A DNA stretch of 64,000 nucleotides from Calcarisporiella thermophila CBS 279.70 (GCF_041956535.1 NW_027192211.1:495995-559994); one strand, 5' to 3'; positions 12,782 to 26,001 are shown, counted from the stretch's first letter. Numbers and translations: made by a program. Notes: a model not told the origin generated them from the letters alone.

Positions 12782-13723
12782 TTATTTTTTCTGCTCTCTC
12801 GCCCATTTCTCCACGTCTAGGTTCCACACCCGCTCCACCCCGAATAGGCCCACCTTGCGCTCTCCCGTGGGGCGGAAGCCGTTCTTCCGCAAGAAGCCTT
12901 CGGCCCGCGGCATGAACTCCCGCGTCCTGGCCGTGACCTCTCTGACCTTGTGCTGGGCCGCCCATGCCAGCACTCGCGCCAGCATGGCCGACCCCAGCCC
13001 AAAGCGCTGGCAAGCGTGCTTGACGGCCATGCGCCGAATTTCTGCGGTTTCGGAATCGGGCGAGGGATGGTGTAGGGCAATGACGCCCACGGGAGTGGCA
13101 TCCACGGTGCAGACCCAGAGGTGGGAGGCGGTGGAGGGATGCTTGAGGATCTTGAGCGGCTCGTCGTTCTCGCTACTCCCGAAAAGCGGGTTTTTCTCGT
13201 CGTCCTTCTCGGGTTGCTCCTCGGCCGCATCCTCGTCCTCGCCATCGGCCTTCTTCTCCGGCTCCGGCTCCCCAAAGTACACCTGCTCCACCCGGGAGAG
13301 ATCGCCCTTCAATCCCTCCTCGACCATCGGCTCCACCACGCGTTTGTCCACCCACCAAAAGATAATGGCGCCGCCAAAGGCAATCTCGGCTATCGTGATC
13401 AACACGGCGAGACTGATGGCCCACCTCTGCCCGAACTGGGATGCAAATCGCCACCCCCAAGTCTGGAGCACCGCGTAGAGGGCTACTCCGAAGGAGATTA
13501 TGAGGGGATGACGGATGCGATGCTTGACGCCGGCGGGGACTCCATCGAAGAGGGTGGAGTAGAAGAGATACTGCACATACTTTTGGTCTGGGGGGATGTA
13601 GGTGCGCACTCGGACATCGGCGAGGGCCGAGGGGGAGGAGGCGGAGGCGGATGCTTGGGTGGAGGCGGGGATGGGATGCGAGGAAATGGATGCAGGGCCG
13701 ACCTGCACCTCATCCGACGACAT
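12782..13723 (-). CDS. GNAT-family N-acetyltransferase with membrane segments (NAT8-like architecture)
   Basis: 313-aa ORF with two hydrophobic helices and GNAT motif A (AEIRRMAVKHACQRFGLGSAML) plus AEGFLRKNGF. Confidence 0.85.
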   Translation of the reverse strand: MSSDEVQVGPASISSHPIPASTQASASASSPSALADVRVRTYIPPDQKYVQYLFYSTLFDGVPAGVKHRIRHPLIISFGVALYAVLQTWGWRFASQFGQRWAISLAVLITIAEIAFGGAIIFWWVDKRVVEPMVEEGLKGDLSRVEQVYFGEPEPEKKADGEDEDAAEEQPEKDDEKNPLFGSSENDEPLKILKHPSTASHLWVCTVDATPVGVIALHHPSPDSETAEIRRMAVKHACQRFGLGSAMLARVLAWAAQHKVREVTARTREFMPRAEGFLRKNGFRPTGERKVGLFGVERVWNLDVEKWAREQKK

Positions 13724-14026
13724 TGTTTATCTAGCGAGCGCAGCGAATATGATTTGCGAGGATGCGATTGCGGCTTTGCGCGATGGGCAGCGAGCAATGG
13801 GCGAAGGTGCAAAGGATTCGCCGGGCTTGTTGTGGTTGTGGTTGTGGTTGCGGTTAGAAGGACGCGCGCCACCTTAATAGCCCGCAGTGAAGGGAGGGGA
13901 CTGGGGATTTGACGAAGGGGTGCTCGTCCTCCAATCGCGGATTTTTGACCCACCATGCAGGCTCTCTGCGAATCATCGCGTATCCTGCGCGTGCCCAATG
14001 ACGACCGAGAGCGTTCGGTGCCTCTT

Positions 14027-14399
14027 GGCCCTTGGCTCCTCGCCTCGCCACTGAAGCGCATTGGTTGGAATGCGCGGCACCGCTCAGCCGCTTCCGCTGC
14101 GGGAAGAGCGGCCCACTGGTGACCGCATCGCTCGACTAAGGCGCTGTGCTCCGCAGCACTCCGACGAAATGGGCCGCGAATCCTCGCAACTCCGAAAGGG
14201 GCCTCTCCCAATCATTAGGCCAAGGGCCCTTAGAGCTTGGATAGGTTTCGTTCGAGCCTAACCCCAATAGCGCTCGAGTCTCGGTACACATCCCAGTGAT
14301 TGCAGCCTGATTCCGACCCTGGCCTCGACACTCGGCCTTAGGCTAGCATCGGCTTCCCACCGTGCGCATGCTTGGGCCGCGAGCTAGAGGCCAAGGGCC
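14027..14399. promoter_or_regulatory. three copies of GCCAAGGGCC in the divergent GNAT/Zn2Cys6 intergenic region
   Basis: Exact 10-mer at 14027-14036 (-), 14219-14228 (+) and 14390-14399 (+). It contains the PacC-type core GCCARG. Confidence 0.35.
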
Positions 14400-14999
14400 A
14401 TTCTTTATTGTGGGTAGAGCCGCCGCGCCAAAGAGAAGGGAGAAGTCGTGGTTAATCAGCGTCGAGGGACATAGCGTCATGGATTTTCCGTGGAAGCGGC
14501 CAGCGTCGAAAAGCCGGCGGAGCCATTTACCGCGGAGAGAATCGAGGAAGGCGAGCGCGCCGGCAGAGGGCGCCTGCCGAGGCTTCTTGTGAGGAGCGTG
14601 CGGTCAAGGGTGGAAGGCGGCTCTCGCGGCCATGCTATGCGACTGGCGGCGATGGATGGAGGAAGAGGTTTGATCGAGCTGCTGCGGCGCAGGACTCTCA
14701 GGAATTTCTTGTGAAGAGGAGGGTTTGATTGGGGTTTTAGGAGATTTTTACCCCACAATAATTGCTCTGCCCCCGATCGGATTTGGCATTTCTATGAGCT
14801 TTTGTGCTCCTGCGCCCCCACAACCGTCCTTGTTCATTCGATTTTCACCTGATATTAAGCACCTAACGAAAAGAAAAATTTGGATAGAGTTAACGTTGGG
14901 TCTTCCCTCTTCAGCCTTTCTTGTCACTTGCCGCTAATCGCATTCTTACCGACATCGGCCCACAATTCTGCCACGATCAAGATTGCCATTCCCTAATCC

Positions 15000-17774
15000 A
15001 TGACCCACACGGCGCAAGAGGAGACTAAAATTAAACGGCTGAAGGTGGGTCGCGCTTGTCAACCCTGCAGAGCTAAGAAGATTAAATGTGATGGGGTAAG
15101 GCCCAATGAGACCATTTGTCCGCCATTAATTTGGAACATCCTCCTCACTTGTTGCTCCTCTCCACTGCACAGCTGCATCCATGCATGCAGTGCAAGGCGC
15201 GTGCTCGCCCTTGCTCTTACGGTAGTGAATCCGCTGGCGTCGATGCGACAACAAGCCCAATCGAGCAGCATAAGAGCGACCCAGCCTCGAAATCCAGAAG
15301 CGGCTCTCTGATTGATCGCCCTTCTGACCCTGATGCAATCTCGCCGGAACAGCAGCGAAAGGCTAGCGCGCCATCACTCGCCCGCCAGGAGGATTCGGTA
15401 AGGGAGAACGACGAGCCCGACATACAGGACACCGTTTTGCTGGGATCCCTGCGGCAAAATCTGGCCCGGCTCACTATTCGCGCCGGGGATGGCGATATCT
15501 ACGACGACATCATGTTGCGGAAGTTGAGAATCCACCGCCACCCCAACCCTGCCCCCCGGCCCGACGCCCCTCTTCCCAAAATCGACGTCGAATGGCCTCC
15601 GATGCACATCCTGGACCACCTCGTCAGCGTGTTTTTCGAGCGGCGTTACTTGCTGCTCCCTATTGTCCACAAAAAGGATTTTTTGAGGCGGCTGCACGAC
15701 CCTTTCAACTCGCCTTCTCCGCTGCTGCTGAGTGCGGTGCTCGCCCTCGCCTCTAAACACTGCCCCTCCATCCTGCCCGATCAACCCGCCATCGCCTTTT
15801 TCAACCAGGCCCGTCGCATGCTCGTCGATTTCCTGGACGCCCCGCGCGTAAGCACCGTGCAGGCCCTCCTGCTGATGGCGCTTTTTGAGGATCCCCAAAT
15901 CGGCCAGCGCAACCGCTCCTCGCAGAGCTGGATGTTTGTGGGGATGGCGTGCAGAATGTGCTTCGAGTGTGGCTTGCATCGCAACTTCGACTCCTCGGAT
16001 CTGTCGCCCATCGAACGTGACATCCGAAACCGAACCTTCTGGTGCTGTTTTTGGATCGAACGGATCTTTTCCATTGCGCTCGACCGGCCCATCATGATCC
16101 TGCCCCATGAGATCACCACCTCGCTCCCGGTGTACGTCTCGGAGGAGGACCCGGAAGAGCTGCTTGCCATGCAAAACCTCTACCACTTCGCTAAACTCAT
16201 AGAAATCCTTTACCACGTTTCCAATATCAAATCGGATGAGCGCGACCGTTTTGAGAAGCTCGATCTCCGGCTGCGGGATTGGCTGAACACGCTGCCGGAG
16301 CATCTGGTGTTTTCGCCGGGGGTGGGCGACCCGCTCCCCGAGGACGCCGTCCCCGCCTCTCCCGTGGTGGCCCGTAAGTTTTGTCTTTGAGGTATATTTT
16401 CATTGGCTCTTCTCACGAAATGCCCCCTGTGGATGCCCCCCCCCCCCCTTCCACGCCTCAATAGATTTTCACTTGTTCTTTCAATGGGCCTCGCTGGGCA
16501 TCAAGTTCCACGATGCCAAATTCAACAACAAGTCCAAGTTGGCCAACTGCTGTACGATGGCCAACAACATGATCAAACTGGCCGACTATCTCGCCTCCTC
16601 TAATGACCACATCATATTCACGTATGGCACTCTCACCTACTCCTCCATCAGCGCATCCTCCGTCCTGACAATGTGTCTGAAAGATCCGGCACTGGTGCCG
16701 ACCGCACGCCAATATTTAATCAAGGGGCTGCAGATCCTGAAGGCGTTGGCATTGGACCCACTGCACGTCGCCCCCCCGGAGGGCCATAAGGTGGCCGTGG
16801 CGGTAGACACATTTTTAAGATCCCTAAAGACTCTGCCGCGGAAGCGATCGAAATGTGATGAGGATGAAGGGCCGCCAGGGGAAGGAGAGGAGAGGAGAGG
16901 GGGTGAGAGAGAGCCACAGCTTAAACAGCGAAGGTTGCCCCGGAAAATACCGGATTCACCCGCGTCGACCCACGTATCGCGAGAGATGGGTATGTCGCAG
17001 AAAGAGGACCAGGCCTATTTATCCGCAGACCTGGCCACCTTAGTCACCCTGCCCATGTTCTCGTGTGACGCCTGCCATCTCCAAGGCACCCAGTGCGAAC
17101 AGCACCTAGAGCATCTTGGTAGGCTGGGCAACGATGAGCACTCGGCTGCGCTCGGGATGTGGTCGCAGGAGGAGTCGCCAGCGTCCACCTCCTCGACCTC
17201 GTTTGGCAGGGCGAGCGGGACGGGAGATAGCATCAATGGGATGGAGCTGGAGGTGGAGTTAACCGGATTAGAAAACGGCGACGAGGAATTTTCCTCGTCC
17301 ATGCTTGACTACTATGCCCGGCCGCCAAGAGAACACAGGACCTCCACCCGGGGGCGAGAGGGAGTGGAGGACGTAGAGGGGGGGGAGGGGGGGGAGGAGA
17401 AGGAGGAGGAGGAGGAGGAAATGGAGGAGAGCGAGGTGAGTATGCAATCGCTCACGAATTTCCTCAACGAGATGTCTGGGAAATACTTCGTCACAAGCGA
17501 TCAAGTGGATGAGGCAGCCGCCCACAAGGACCCCTCGCTGGAGCCGACCCTCTTCTCCGAGCAACCGGCGCCCCCGCCTCCTCCTCAGCCCCCGGCCCCT
17601 CAGCCGTCGACCAAATCCTCCGAGGCCAAGTATGGGACCCCCGATCCGCCCGAGCCTCTTCTTATCCATTCTGAAGTGATGTTGGACGAGGAGTGCGACC
17701 CGGCGCCTCTAATAACCGAGTTGAACCCGCTTGAAAATGATAAGCACGATTACAAATATTTCCTGTCTATATAA
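15000..17774 (+). CDS. Zn(II)2Cys6 transcription factor with fungal_trans middle domain and acidic C-terminus (3 exons)
   Basis: RACQPCRAKKIKCDG/LHPCMQCKARARPC is split by an intron at ~15095-15172. The middle domain has STVQALLLMA...AC RMCFECGLHR...RNRTFW, followed by a Glu-rich tail. Confidence 0.92.
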
Positions 17775-18158
17775 GTTAACCTGTTTTTTATGTGCCATTT
17801 AGTTTACTATATCGACCCCCTTCCGTTGTATCAGCTGAGCATTTATTGTACCATATTTCCGCCGTTCGTTCCTTCCTCTTCCTCTTCCTCCTCCACTTCT
17901 TGTTCTTCTTTTTTTGATCTCATGTTTGTTAAATAATAAAATCAATGTAATCTATCTATTTGATATACTTCCATCTTATATCTTCATCTTTTCAAAGAAA
18001 GTAACAGTAGAAAATTAAAGGCAAAACTTACAATGTATTATTTTTAGTGTAAGAAAAGACAGAGTAGAAATAGAAATAGTATGCACAGGTGTAAACAAAA
18101 TTGGAATCCAACCAGTCGAAGAGGAGAGGGAGGAGCTCATGGCTCCCTCCGCCTCCCG

Positions 18159-20312
18159 CTATTCGTCCACGAAAGATTGTATATCCTCATCCGCGATTCG
18201 CTTTAGCAGTATCTCGGCCACCTCTCGCGGTGACTTGCCCTCGCACTCCACCACCCGTTTCTTCATGGCCTTCCACCGCACATAGTTGCGGCGTCCGTCC
18301 CACCCGCCGGGCAACTTGCTCCACACAATCTCGGAGTCGTCGCGCGCGTCAAGTCCGCGGATCTTCTCGAGCAGCTCGCGGTCATCCCGGCGAGTCCATT
18401 CGCGCGCCCGCCCGTCCACCATGTTGCGCAACTTGAGGTGATACTTTTGCCGGCACTGCTCGCGGGACCGAGTGTGGCCCATTCGCTCGCTGACCAGATT
18501 CCACATAATGTCGGAGTCGGTCAGCCTCCCTTCCTCGCTTGTTGCCATGAGTTCCTCGATGATATTTCGGAGTTGTTCTTCCTCTGCAGCCGTCCAGCGA
18601 CCTGGAGGTCAAGGGGGAAAAACGGGTCAAAACATGGCCTCTTTTGTTTATCCATCGTTTTATGGAATTAGAATGGTCCTGTACCTGATTTTTTCTTGTC
18701 CCCATCCTTAAGGTAGTTTCTCCATCGATCTTTGCATGCTTCGCCCATCCGCCCCAGATGTTCTCCTATGACTTTCCAGTTCTGACCATGCTGTGCCACC
18801 AGCCTATAAAAACAAAGCAGCCAGATCTAGTTTCCCCGCTTGTACCATAAAGAATCGTGTTCGTAATTACTCTTTCAGTTGAAGATCCTCCGCCGCCGTC
18901 CACGGACCTTTGTAGTTCTCTGGGTTAAATATCCGCTTGCAGTGATGGTAGACCGCCCTTAATGGTCTGTCCGGAAGGGGTCGTGCTGCCGAATTCAGAG
19001 GAGGGAGAGTGATTAAGAAGCCAACTTCAAGAGACTTCATCCAAAGGGTTATTTACCGGCAGCCTGCCAAAACTCCTTATTATTCCGCGTGGTTTCTTTG
19101 AAAAGCATTGCCTCCAAGCGCTCTTGTGAGATACCATTCATCTAATCAGGACGCAGGTGATGTGAACAAAGCAAGCGTAAACAACTCTTTTCTATGAAAC
19201 TCTTCTCTCACCTCCATATATCTTTGCACTGCCTCGCGTAGAAGTTGATCCTCTGTCTTGCTCCATTGGCCCTTTTTGTAGGACAAACCTGCAGAAAAGG
19301 ATGGAAATAGAGATTAAGACCCGGACTTGAAGGAAACCTAGCTTACGAAGCCGTTACCTTTCTCCGCCGCAAGTCGGTCGAGCTCTTTGTAGGAATACCA
19401 CTGCGCCTGCAGTTCATTGATGCGCGTGTCTGCTTGTAAAGCCTCCCAAATCGTATCGACGTGCTTCTGCTGGGAGGATTGTGACGAGGAGGTGGCATGT
19501 GGTTGGGCACTTGAGAAGCCCACTAATGTTGTGCCGTCCAAATTGGCGGGAATGAAGGCGATCATCTCCCTTTCGGCGTCCCCAGCCCCTGCACCAGGAG
19601 CGCTGCTCCCACCTTGCATCACGGTTTGGGATTGCGGCTGCCGTGAAGATTTCTCTATTTGGTGTTGCTGCCGGCTACCGGTTTCACCATTCACAACGGC
19701 GATTAATTGATTCAATTCATCGTCGTGCTCGTCGTCAAAAGTGGGGGCCTGTGGGGTCTCTATGATGGTGGCCTCCTCTTTACGCCGCCGCTTTTTCGAC
19801 GGTTTATCGGCGTCAACCGATGTTTGCTCCTTCTCCTCTTCAGTAGACTGGCGTTTTCGAGCCTCTTCTGCGAGCAGTCGCTGGATCGTCACGGCAGCCA
19901 GTGTGAGCTGGATATCATCACCATGACTCAAATTATTCTGGTGCGGTTGGGGTAGAGGTGGCGCTGTGATTTCGGATGCATCCATACCCTCTAATGGCTC
20001 TTCCTCCTCAATGGTGACCTGAGCATCATGTTCCCGGCCATTATCGCCAGCCTCGTTGTCTCTCTCTTTCCTATGCTTCTTCTTTCTTTTTCTCTTTTTC
20101 TCCTTTCTCTCCCTGTCCTTGTCTGGCGGAGCTTCTGCCGTTTTATCCTTGTCCTTATTTTTGTGCTTTCCGTTATTCTTATCTTTGATCCTCTCGCCAT
20201 TCTTATCCTTGTCTCTGTTTTTGCTCTTCTTTTTTTGGTGGCCCCCCGCATCGGAAGCATCGGGTACAACAGCCCCAATCGCGGGCCGATTGATGCCTAT
20301 TACACTAGACAT
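18159..20312 (-). CDS. Reb1/TTF1/DMTF1-like Myb-repeat DNA-binding protein
   Basis: Lys-rich N-terminus, then exons with YKKGQWSKTED, LPDRPLRAVYHHCKR, YKGPWTAAED, RWTAAEEEQL and WNLVSERMGHTRSREQCRQKY Myb repeats. Confidence 0.85.
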
Positions 20313-20826
20313 GGTTGGTAGTGTACAAAATTTCAAGGAATGATCAATGTAAAAAGTTTTGAGAATATTTCTGTTCCATTACAAAAATGGTGACGTAACA
20401 AAAGTCACAAAACGGTCACACTGATGAGGCTTATCAGGTAGTCATCGAAACCGAAAAGGTTCGCGAATTGATTGTCAAGCAAACACGCGAATACTCTTGC
20501 TTATCCTCCAGTTCGTTTGCCCCCCCCCCCCCTCCCCACTGTGTACCCTCATATTGTACCCCTCTTGTATAGAGATAGGTTCCCATCTCAGGCTTCCGCC
20601 CGCTGAGGTTTACTCCAACGGGAGAGCTATCCCCTCCAAGTACTACTAACAAAGAGTTTTTGTTTTAAAAGCAAACAAACAATTGAAATTAATCCTACAA
20701 CTTATATAGAAATCATATTGAAAAGGAGTAAAATCCGAGATAAATTTGCTAGCTGAATCCAGGGATAAAAGTGAAGTGAAAAAAAAATCTATATATTAAA
20801 ATATATATATACGTGGAGATTATTTT

Positions 20827-21963
20827 CTAAGGGCATAGTTTAACCTTTTTATCTACATGTGAACCGCTATCAGAGTTTGGGGCTAATATTAATGAGTATG
20901 GATCAAGTGGATTAATGTCTAATGGGTCTGTAGACAGCAGTGGAGGATTCAACCCGGTCTTTTCAAAAGTATTGACCATCCCCTGCTCAGCAGGTATTGG
21001 TGCCGCACTAGATTCGTCCGCTAAATCAGCTTCTGCAGTTTCTAATCCAGGCTTTGGTATTTCAATGTTGAACCGATTGCATATTGCCTCGATCCATAGC
21101 GCTTTTTCAACCAAATCTGGAGTCCATACATCTTATTTACAATAACTGTTAGTCACTGAGCGATCGGGTCATTTGCCTTGCTACTTACTCTGACCAAATT
21201 CTTTACGATTCAATTCCTGGCACTTCTTCTTCAATTGGTCCAAAAATTTCGAGTAGTGTTTTTCCGTGTAACTGATCGGCCCTAGATTGGAGAGTGCGCC
21301 CATAGCCTCGTCGCTCATAAAAGGAACTGTCCCGGGAGCCAGTGCTTGTAGGATGGCTAGTGTGTCGAGAGAGAGAAAGAGAGAGGGAGAGAGAGCACAT
21401 CAGTTAGATTGCCAGGGGGACATACAGAAAGAGCTGGTGGTTACCCGAGGCGGTTGCCGGACCGACTCCCTTCAGCGCGGTTAGCTCGTGAATGGCAGTC
21501 TCGATATCTGGTAGCTTTTGGTTGGAAGCCTTGGTAACAGCGATAACAGTGGCCGGCTCGTTACTTGAAACCAGCTGCATCAGCCTAGGGCGGAACTTGC
21601 CCCTCTGCTCAATAATGCAGGTAAATTGGAGTTAGCCGTAACAAATGGTATCGCGAAACCAGTCAAAATCCTCACCATCAATTTCCATTTTACGATTTTC
21701 TTCACCTCTTCAAGCGTCAGCCACCGTTCTTTGTCTACCCCTCTTTCCGTAACATAGCGAGGCAATTCATTAAAATACCAAGCATCGAGTGTGGGGAATT
21801 CCTGATCAGAAGAGGCCTCATCACTAATCTTCCGCTTGCTGCCCCGCCCGGCCCGCTTCCGCTTGGCCTTCGAACTGCACAGTGCGTTAATAGCCTTGTC
21901 GTACTGAGACAGGACCCCACGCCACACCCTAGGATCGCTTGATTTCAATAATGAAGAGGACAT
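20827..21963 (-). CDS. conserved uncharacterised protein with helix-hairpin-helix motif (DNA glycosylase-like)
   Basis: LDAWY, KIVKWKL/RGKFRPRL, LKGVGPATAS (HhH-like), PGTVPFMSDEA and VEKALW across about 4 exons. Confidence 0.75.
21367..21395 (+). repeat. (GA)n-rich microsatellite inside an intron
   Basis: gagagagagaaagagagagggagagagag, which serves as the polypyrimidine tract of the minus-strand intron. Confidence 0.6.
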
Positions 21964-23079
21964 CGCTTATGTTTGGAGAAAACGGGCCCCGAAATTATAG
22001 TTAAATAAAAAAACCGAAATTGATATTGGTACTGTAAATCCTTGAATTATACGCCTAACTTTTGCATTCACCCAGACGCACGCCCATATGTTCGTGCTAC
22101 GTCATCCAGGGTAAAAAAATGCGGGACAGACATGTTGCTATCTAAAACGGGCGATTGCCAAATCGAATTGCCAAATTCAATCCGGTATGTGTATGTGGGG
22201 TTAGGGGATCTGACGAGATCAGACCTTCCGATTCCTCTGATTTCTATTTAGTATATAAAAGAGCAACCTTGATGTATCATGGCTGTGCTTGATGATATCA
22301 TTATTCATTTGCAAAGACCGGCTCAACTATTCGTATGTGCAAGTGCTTCTCCTGACATCAACCACCCTTGATAAAGAGCAGGCTTCCTACCTCTCAATCT
22401 CAATTACACCTTGCGTGAGTGAGTTTGTGTCTGAATACGCACTAACTAAATTGAATCCCAGGCGCTTGACAAAGATTCTCTTCCTCGGAGGAGGTGGAGA
22501 AAGTTCTGATACCCTTCTTCTTAAGATGGTTGAACACAGTTGCCGTGAAAGTATTAGACTACAACAGCACTGCCACAGATAATTCATCTAGATTAAATCC
22601 TTGTGAAAGCCTGCTTAACCCTCCTTGAGTTGGCTATTGCAGCCGAATCCTGGTACTCTCGGAGTGATTGAGGCCGTTTTAAACTTGAACAGCATCTATG
22701 GCATCTCCTGTTTATCCATGTCGAAGGCGAACCACTTTGCTACCATAAAGGAAAAAGTCGCGAGTCCTTACTAAAACGACGCAGGTTGAAAATCAGCCAT
22801 ATCTAATCGACTTGGATACAGTTTTGTGATGTGCAGGGCAAAAGCAATAGGCTTTTAATTCCCAAATGCGCAATATCTTGCCAAATCTTGACTTTACTAT
22901 AAATATTTCATAATGTATTATTCTTAATATAAATCAATGTTTTCAAAATGAAAATTAAGAAACAAAAGACACAAAGGAAAAACAAATAGAGAAAGCGTCC
23001 GCAAAGGAATTGAGGTAGTAAGGCTTTATGTGAGAGAGGAGGATAACAACTGTGTATGAACATCTTTTTTTTCCCTTCT

Positions 23080-24080
23080 TTACAAAACTCCCCATAGGTC
23101 CTCTAGTGCGCAGCAAACCTTTCCGCATGCCACGCTTGCACTCAATGGGTATCCGCTTAAGCTGATCTTCTCGTCTACGTAATCGTCTGCAAAGTCGTCT
23201 TTGCCGTGTGCCATCGCACCAATGGCGACGCAGATTGAAGCATCTTGCGGAAGAGTAGGCAGATAATCTTTTAATCGCACAAGAGGAGCGTCGGCCGAAA
23301 AGGCTTGAAAGAAGAGAGGGGTCAATTTTTTCTGTTCGCGACCTATTTGAGAACTTGCCAACCAAAACACTTACTGATTTTGCGACAGTTCGTCGGCAGA
23401 TGATCCGTAATTGGATTTTTAATCACTCTCAACAGCTTCTCTGATCCATTGACGGAGCGGATGCTCAGCTTATGCAAGAGTTGGACTTTGGAAATGCAGC
23501 TAAAGCTTTAGCAAAATCTTTTATCATGTCAAGAGAAATCATTATTCTCACCCATAAGCCCCGAGAAACGTTTGAATGTACGAGGGATTCGAACATGCGG
23601 ATTGACCTCGATAAGGACATTCTTGGCAGTATGGATATAAATTTGTAGCAAGCCGGCCTTGTTGAGTGGGCTGTCCAGCAGTGTCAGGAGACACTAAAAA
23701 TTCGAAGAAACAATGAGGCCTTTGTACTCAATCTCGAGTCGGCATGAATGAAGCATTCTTGAATTTACCTGGTGTGTGATGTCAGGACGAGCATCCGTAA
23801 TATCCTTTCCTAGCTTCTTGAGAATTGCCTGATGATCATCACAGTTCAGTAGCTGGTATCGTGCGTCCTTTGCTTTTCCTACTCGGTATGTCTCTAGACA
23901 TGCACGCTCGAGCACAACAATGAGGCGGCGACTGTTTTCTCGCTCTACCGGAGTGCGAGGAATTTTAGGCGCCTGAGGAACGAGAGAGACATTGGCATTG
24001 GCAGAGGCGTTGGGGCGAGCCTCCGACTTGGTCTCCTTGTGCTGCTGGTCTGTTTTCATCTCTACGTCTTCTAGATCCAT
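23080..24080 (-). CDS. EMG1: 18S rRNA pseudouridine N1-methyltransferase Emg1/Nep1
   Basis: [55 protein letters not shown] and [11 protein letters not shown]. Confidence 0.96.
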
Positions 24081-24284
24081 CTTTCAATTATTTGGCTCTT
24101 GGTCACTGTCTTTCAATCCCCGTACTGAAGCTTGAAAAGTGTAAACATGATAACAGAGGGTCTTTCGGAGATTAAATTCACTGCGCCAACCTTTTTTCCA
24201 ACATCAACACAGTCCAAGGTCAGAGCTAGGCATTTTTTTATTATCTGTCAAAAAGCTCTACATTTGATTCTCTACATCACAAAC

Positions 24285-25287
24285 ATGGCATTTGCCCTCC
24301 GAACTCTTGCCCGCACGGCCACACGCTATACTCCTCTTGTGATACGTTCCGCCCCTGCACCCCGCCTTTCTGCCGCCGCAACTCTACGCCCTTTCACACG
24401 AGCCTTTACTTCGACCCCCCTCGCACGTGGCCATGGTCTCGTTGATCAAGATCTTTCCCACAAGCTCTCCGAGGAAATTCAGTACGAGCGCGACAATGCC
24501 GAGCCCACAGAGCCTGAATTCCTTACCGAATTCCGCAAAAACAGCCCCTTCAAGATCGAAGAGCGCCCCGGTTACGATGAAGTCGCGTTGACGCGCTCTT
24601 TCGGTAACGAAAAGATTCAGGTTCTCTTCTCCATTTCCGACATTAATGACGCAGAGGATGTGGAAGAATTTGCGGAGGAGGGTGAAGCTGAAGCTGAGGT
24701 AGGGATTCAGTTTGTCAGAAATTGCATTTATTCGAAGCTAACTCGATTCTCTGATTTTAAGGCCCCAGAGACCGAATCCTCGTTCCCAGTGCGCTGCTCC
24801 ATCACCATTGAAAAGGTTAGTAGAAGCATTTGGTTATTTGAAGTCCCCCTTGTCTTTGCTAACTGTCCATTTTCCCGCTTTTTTTTAGGATAACAAGGGG
24901 GCTTTGACCATCGACGCTGTTGCGCAGGACGGTATCTTTATGATCGAAAACATCCTCTTCTACAAGGACAACAGATTGGCCACCGAGCAAACCGCCGAAG
25001 CTGACTGGCAACGCCGTGGACTCTATATTGGCCCGCAGTTCGCGCATCTTGACCCGGTAAATTGAAATTTGACACTTTGAATAACCAAAAATCGAATGGG
25101 GATCTAACCACGACTGCTATCTTTTTTATTTTTTCGATAGAATGTTCAAGTCATGTTTGAGCGGTTCCTCGAGGAGCGTGGCGTCAACACGGCCCTTGCC
25201 CTCTTCATTCCATCCTATGTTGAACTGAAGGAGCAAAAAGAGTATGTGGCGTGGTTGGAGAATGTTAAAACTTTTGTCGATGCGTAA
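24285..25287 (+). CDS. MAM33: mitochondrial acidic matrix protein Mam33/C1QBP
   Basis: Arg/Thr-rich mitochondrial presequence, LSEEIQYE, LTRSFGNEKI, YIGPQFAHLD, FLEERGVNTALA and KEQKEYVAWLENVKTFV. Confidence 0.93.
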
Positions 25288-26001
25288 TGGTGACCTAAGT
25301 GCATATGTCTTTTCTAAATAAAAACAAAATTTTTCAAGTGTTCATCAAAGAATTAAGCTTGTCACTTTATTGAAACCTCCAGTTTAACGCTGCGCTCTCG
25401 AAGAGTGGCCATATTTTGATACTTTATACAGCTTTTGAGGTATTGGAAGAAGAATCCATTCACCAAAAATTGAAAATCGTTTCATTCATGGCTCGAAACT
25501 TTTCCTATATCTGACAGAAAGCATTGGGGGGAGATTTAGAGAAGCGTTGCCAGAAAGACTTGTGGTGGAAAACGATCTCATTCTATTTACCAATGAAAAA
25601 TTTCTTGTTCATAATCGGAACAAGTCTTGTGTGGTTTTCCGTTCCTACTTTCTCGTGACAGGATTATATATAATATTATATATAATTTTTAGAAATGAGA
25701 AAAAAAAGGGGGGAATGTGGAGAAGTATCGAAAATAAAAATCGGCTGGGAGACAGAATCTCCAAAACACAAAAGATATTTATATATATATAAGAACATAG
25801 CTGTGAGAAGAAAAAGGAGAACAATAATAAAGCATTGCTATTGAAGAATAAGTAAAACAAAGCACATTAATAATTTATCACAACACAATTTCGGGAAAAA
25901 AATTAAACGCACATAAAAAAAGGGGGAAGAGAAAAGGGGAAATTTCTATAGCGATGGAGAAGAAAACGAAGGTTTTCTTAAGGCTTAGTATGCTCGAGCA
26001 T

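Noticed and set aside
13830-13850. (TTGTGG)3 run resembling a Mucorales-type telomeric repeat
   Set aside because: Only about 3 units in a promoter/5'UTR, so a simple repeat rather than an interstitial telomere.
14331-14350. CTCGGCCTTAGGCTAGCATC resembling the U2 snRNA 5' stem
   Set aside because: It is not followed by the GTGTAGTA branch-pairing sequence or an Sm site.
12759-17669. Many long overlapping and antisense ORFs (up to 309 aa)
   Set aside because: These are expected shadow ORFs of GC-rich coding DNA with few stop codons, with no independent motifs.
22290-22800. Minus-strand fragment (FNHLKKKGIRTFSTSSEE) reminiscent of an integrase core
   Set aside because: Too short and interrupted, with no catalytic D/E motifs recoverable by eye.
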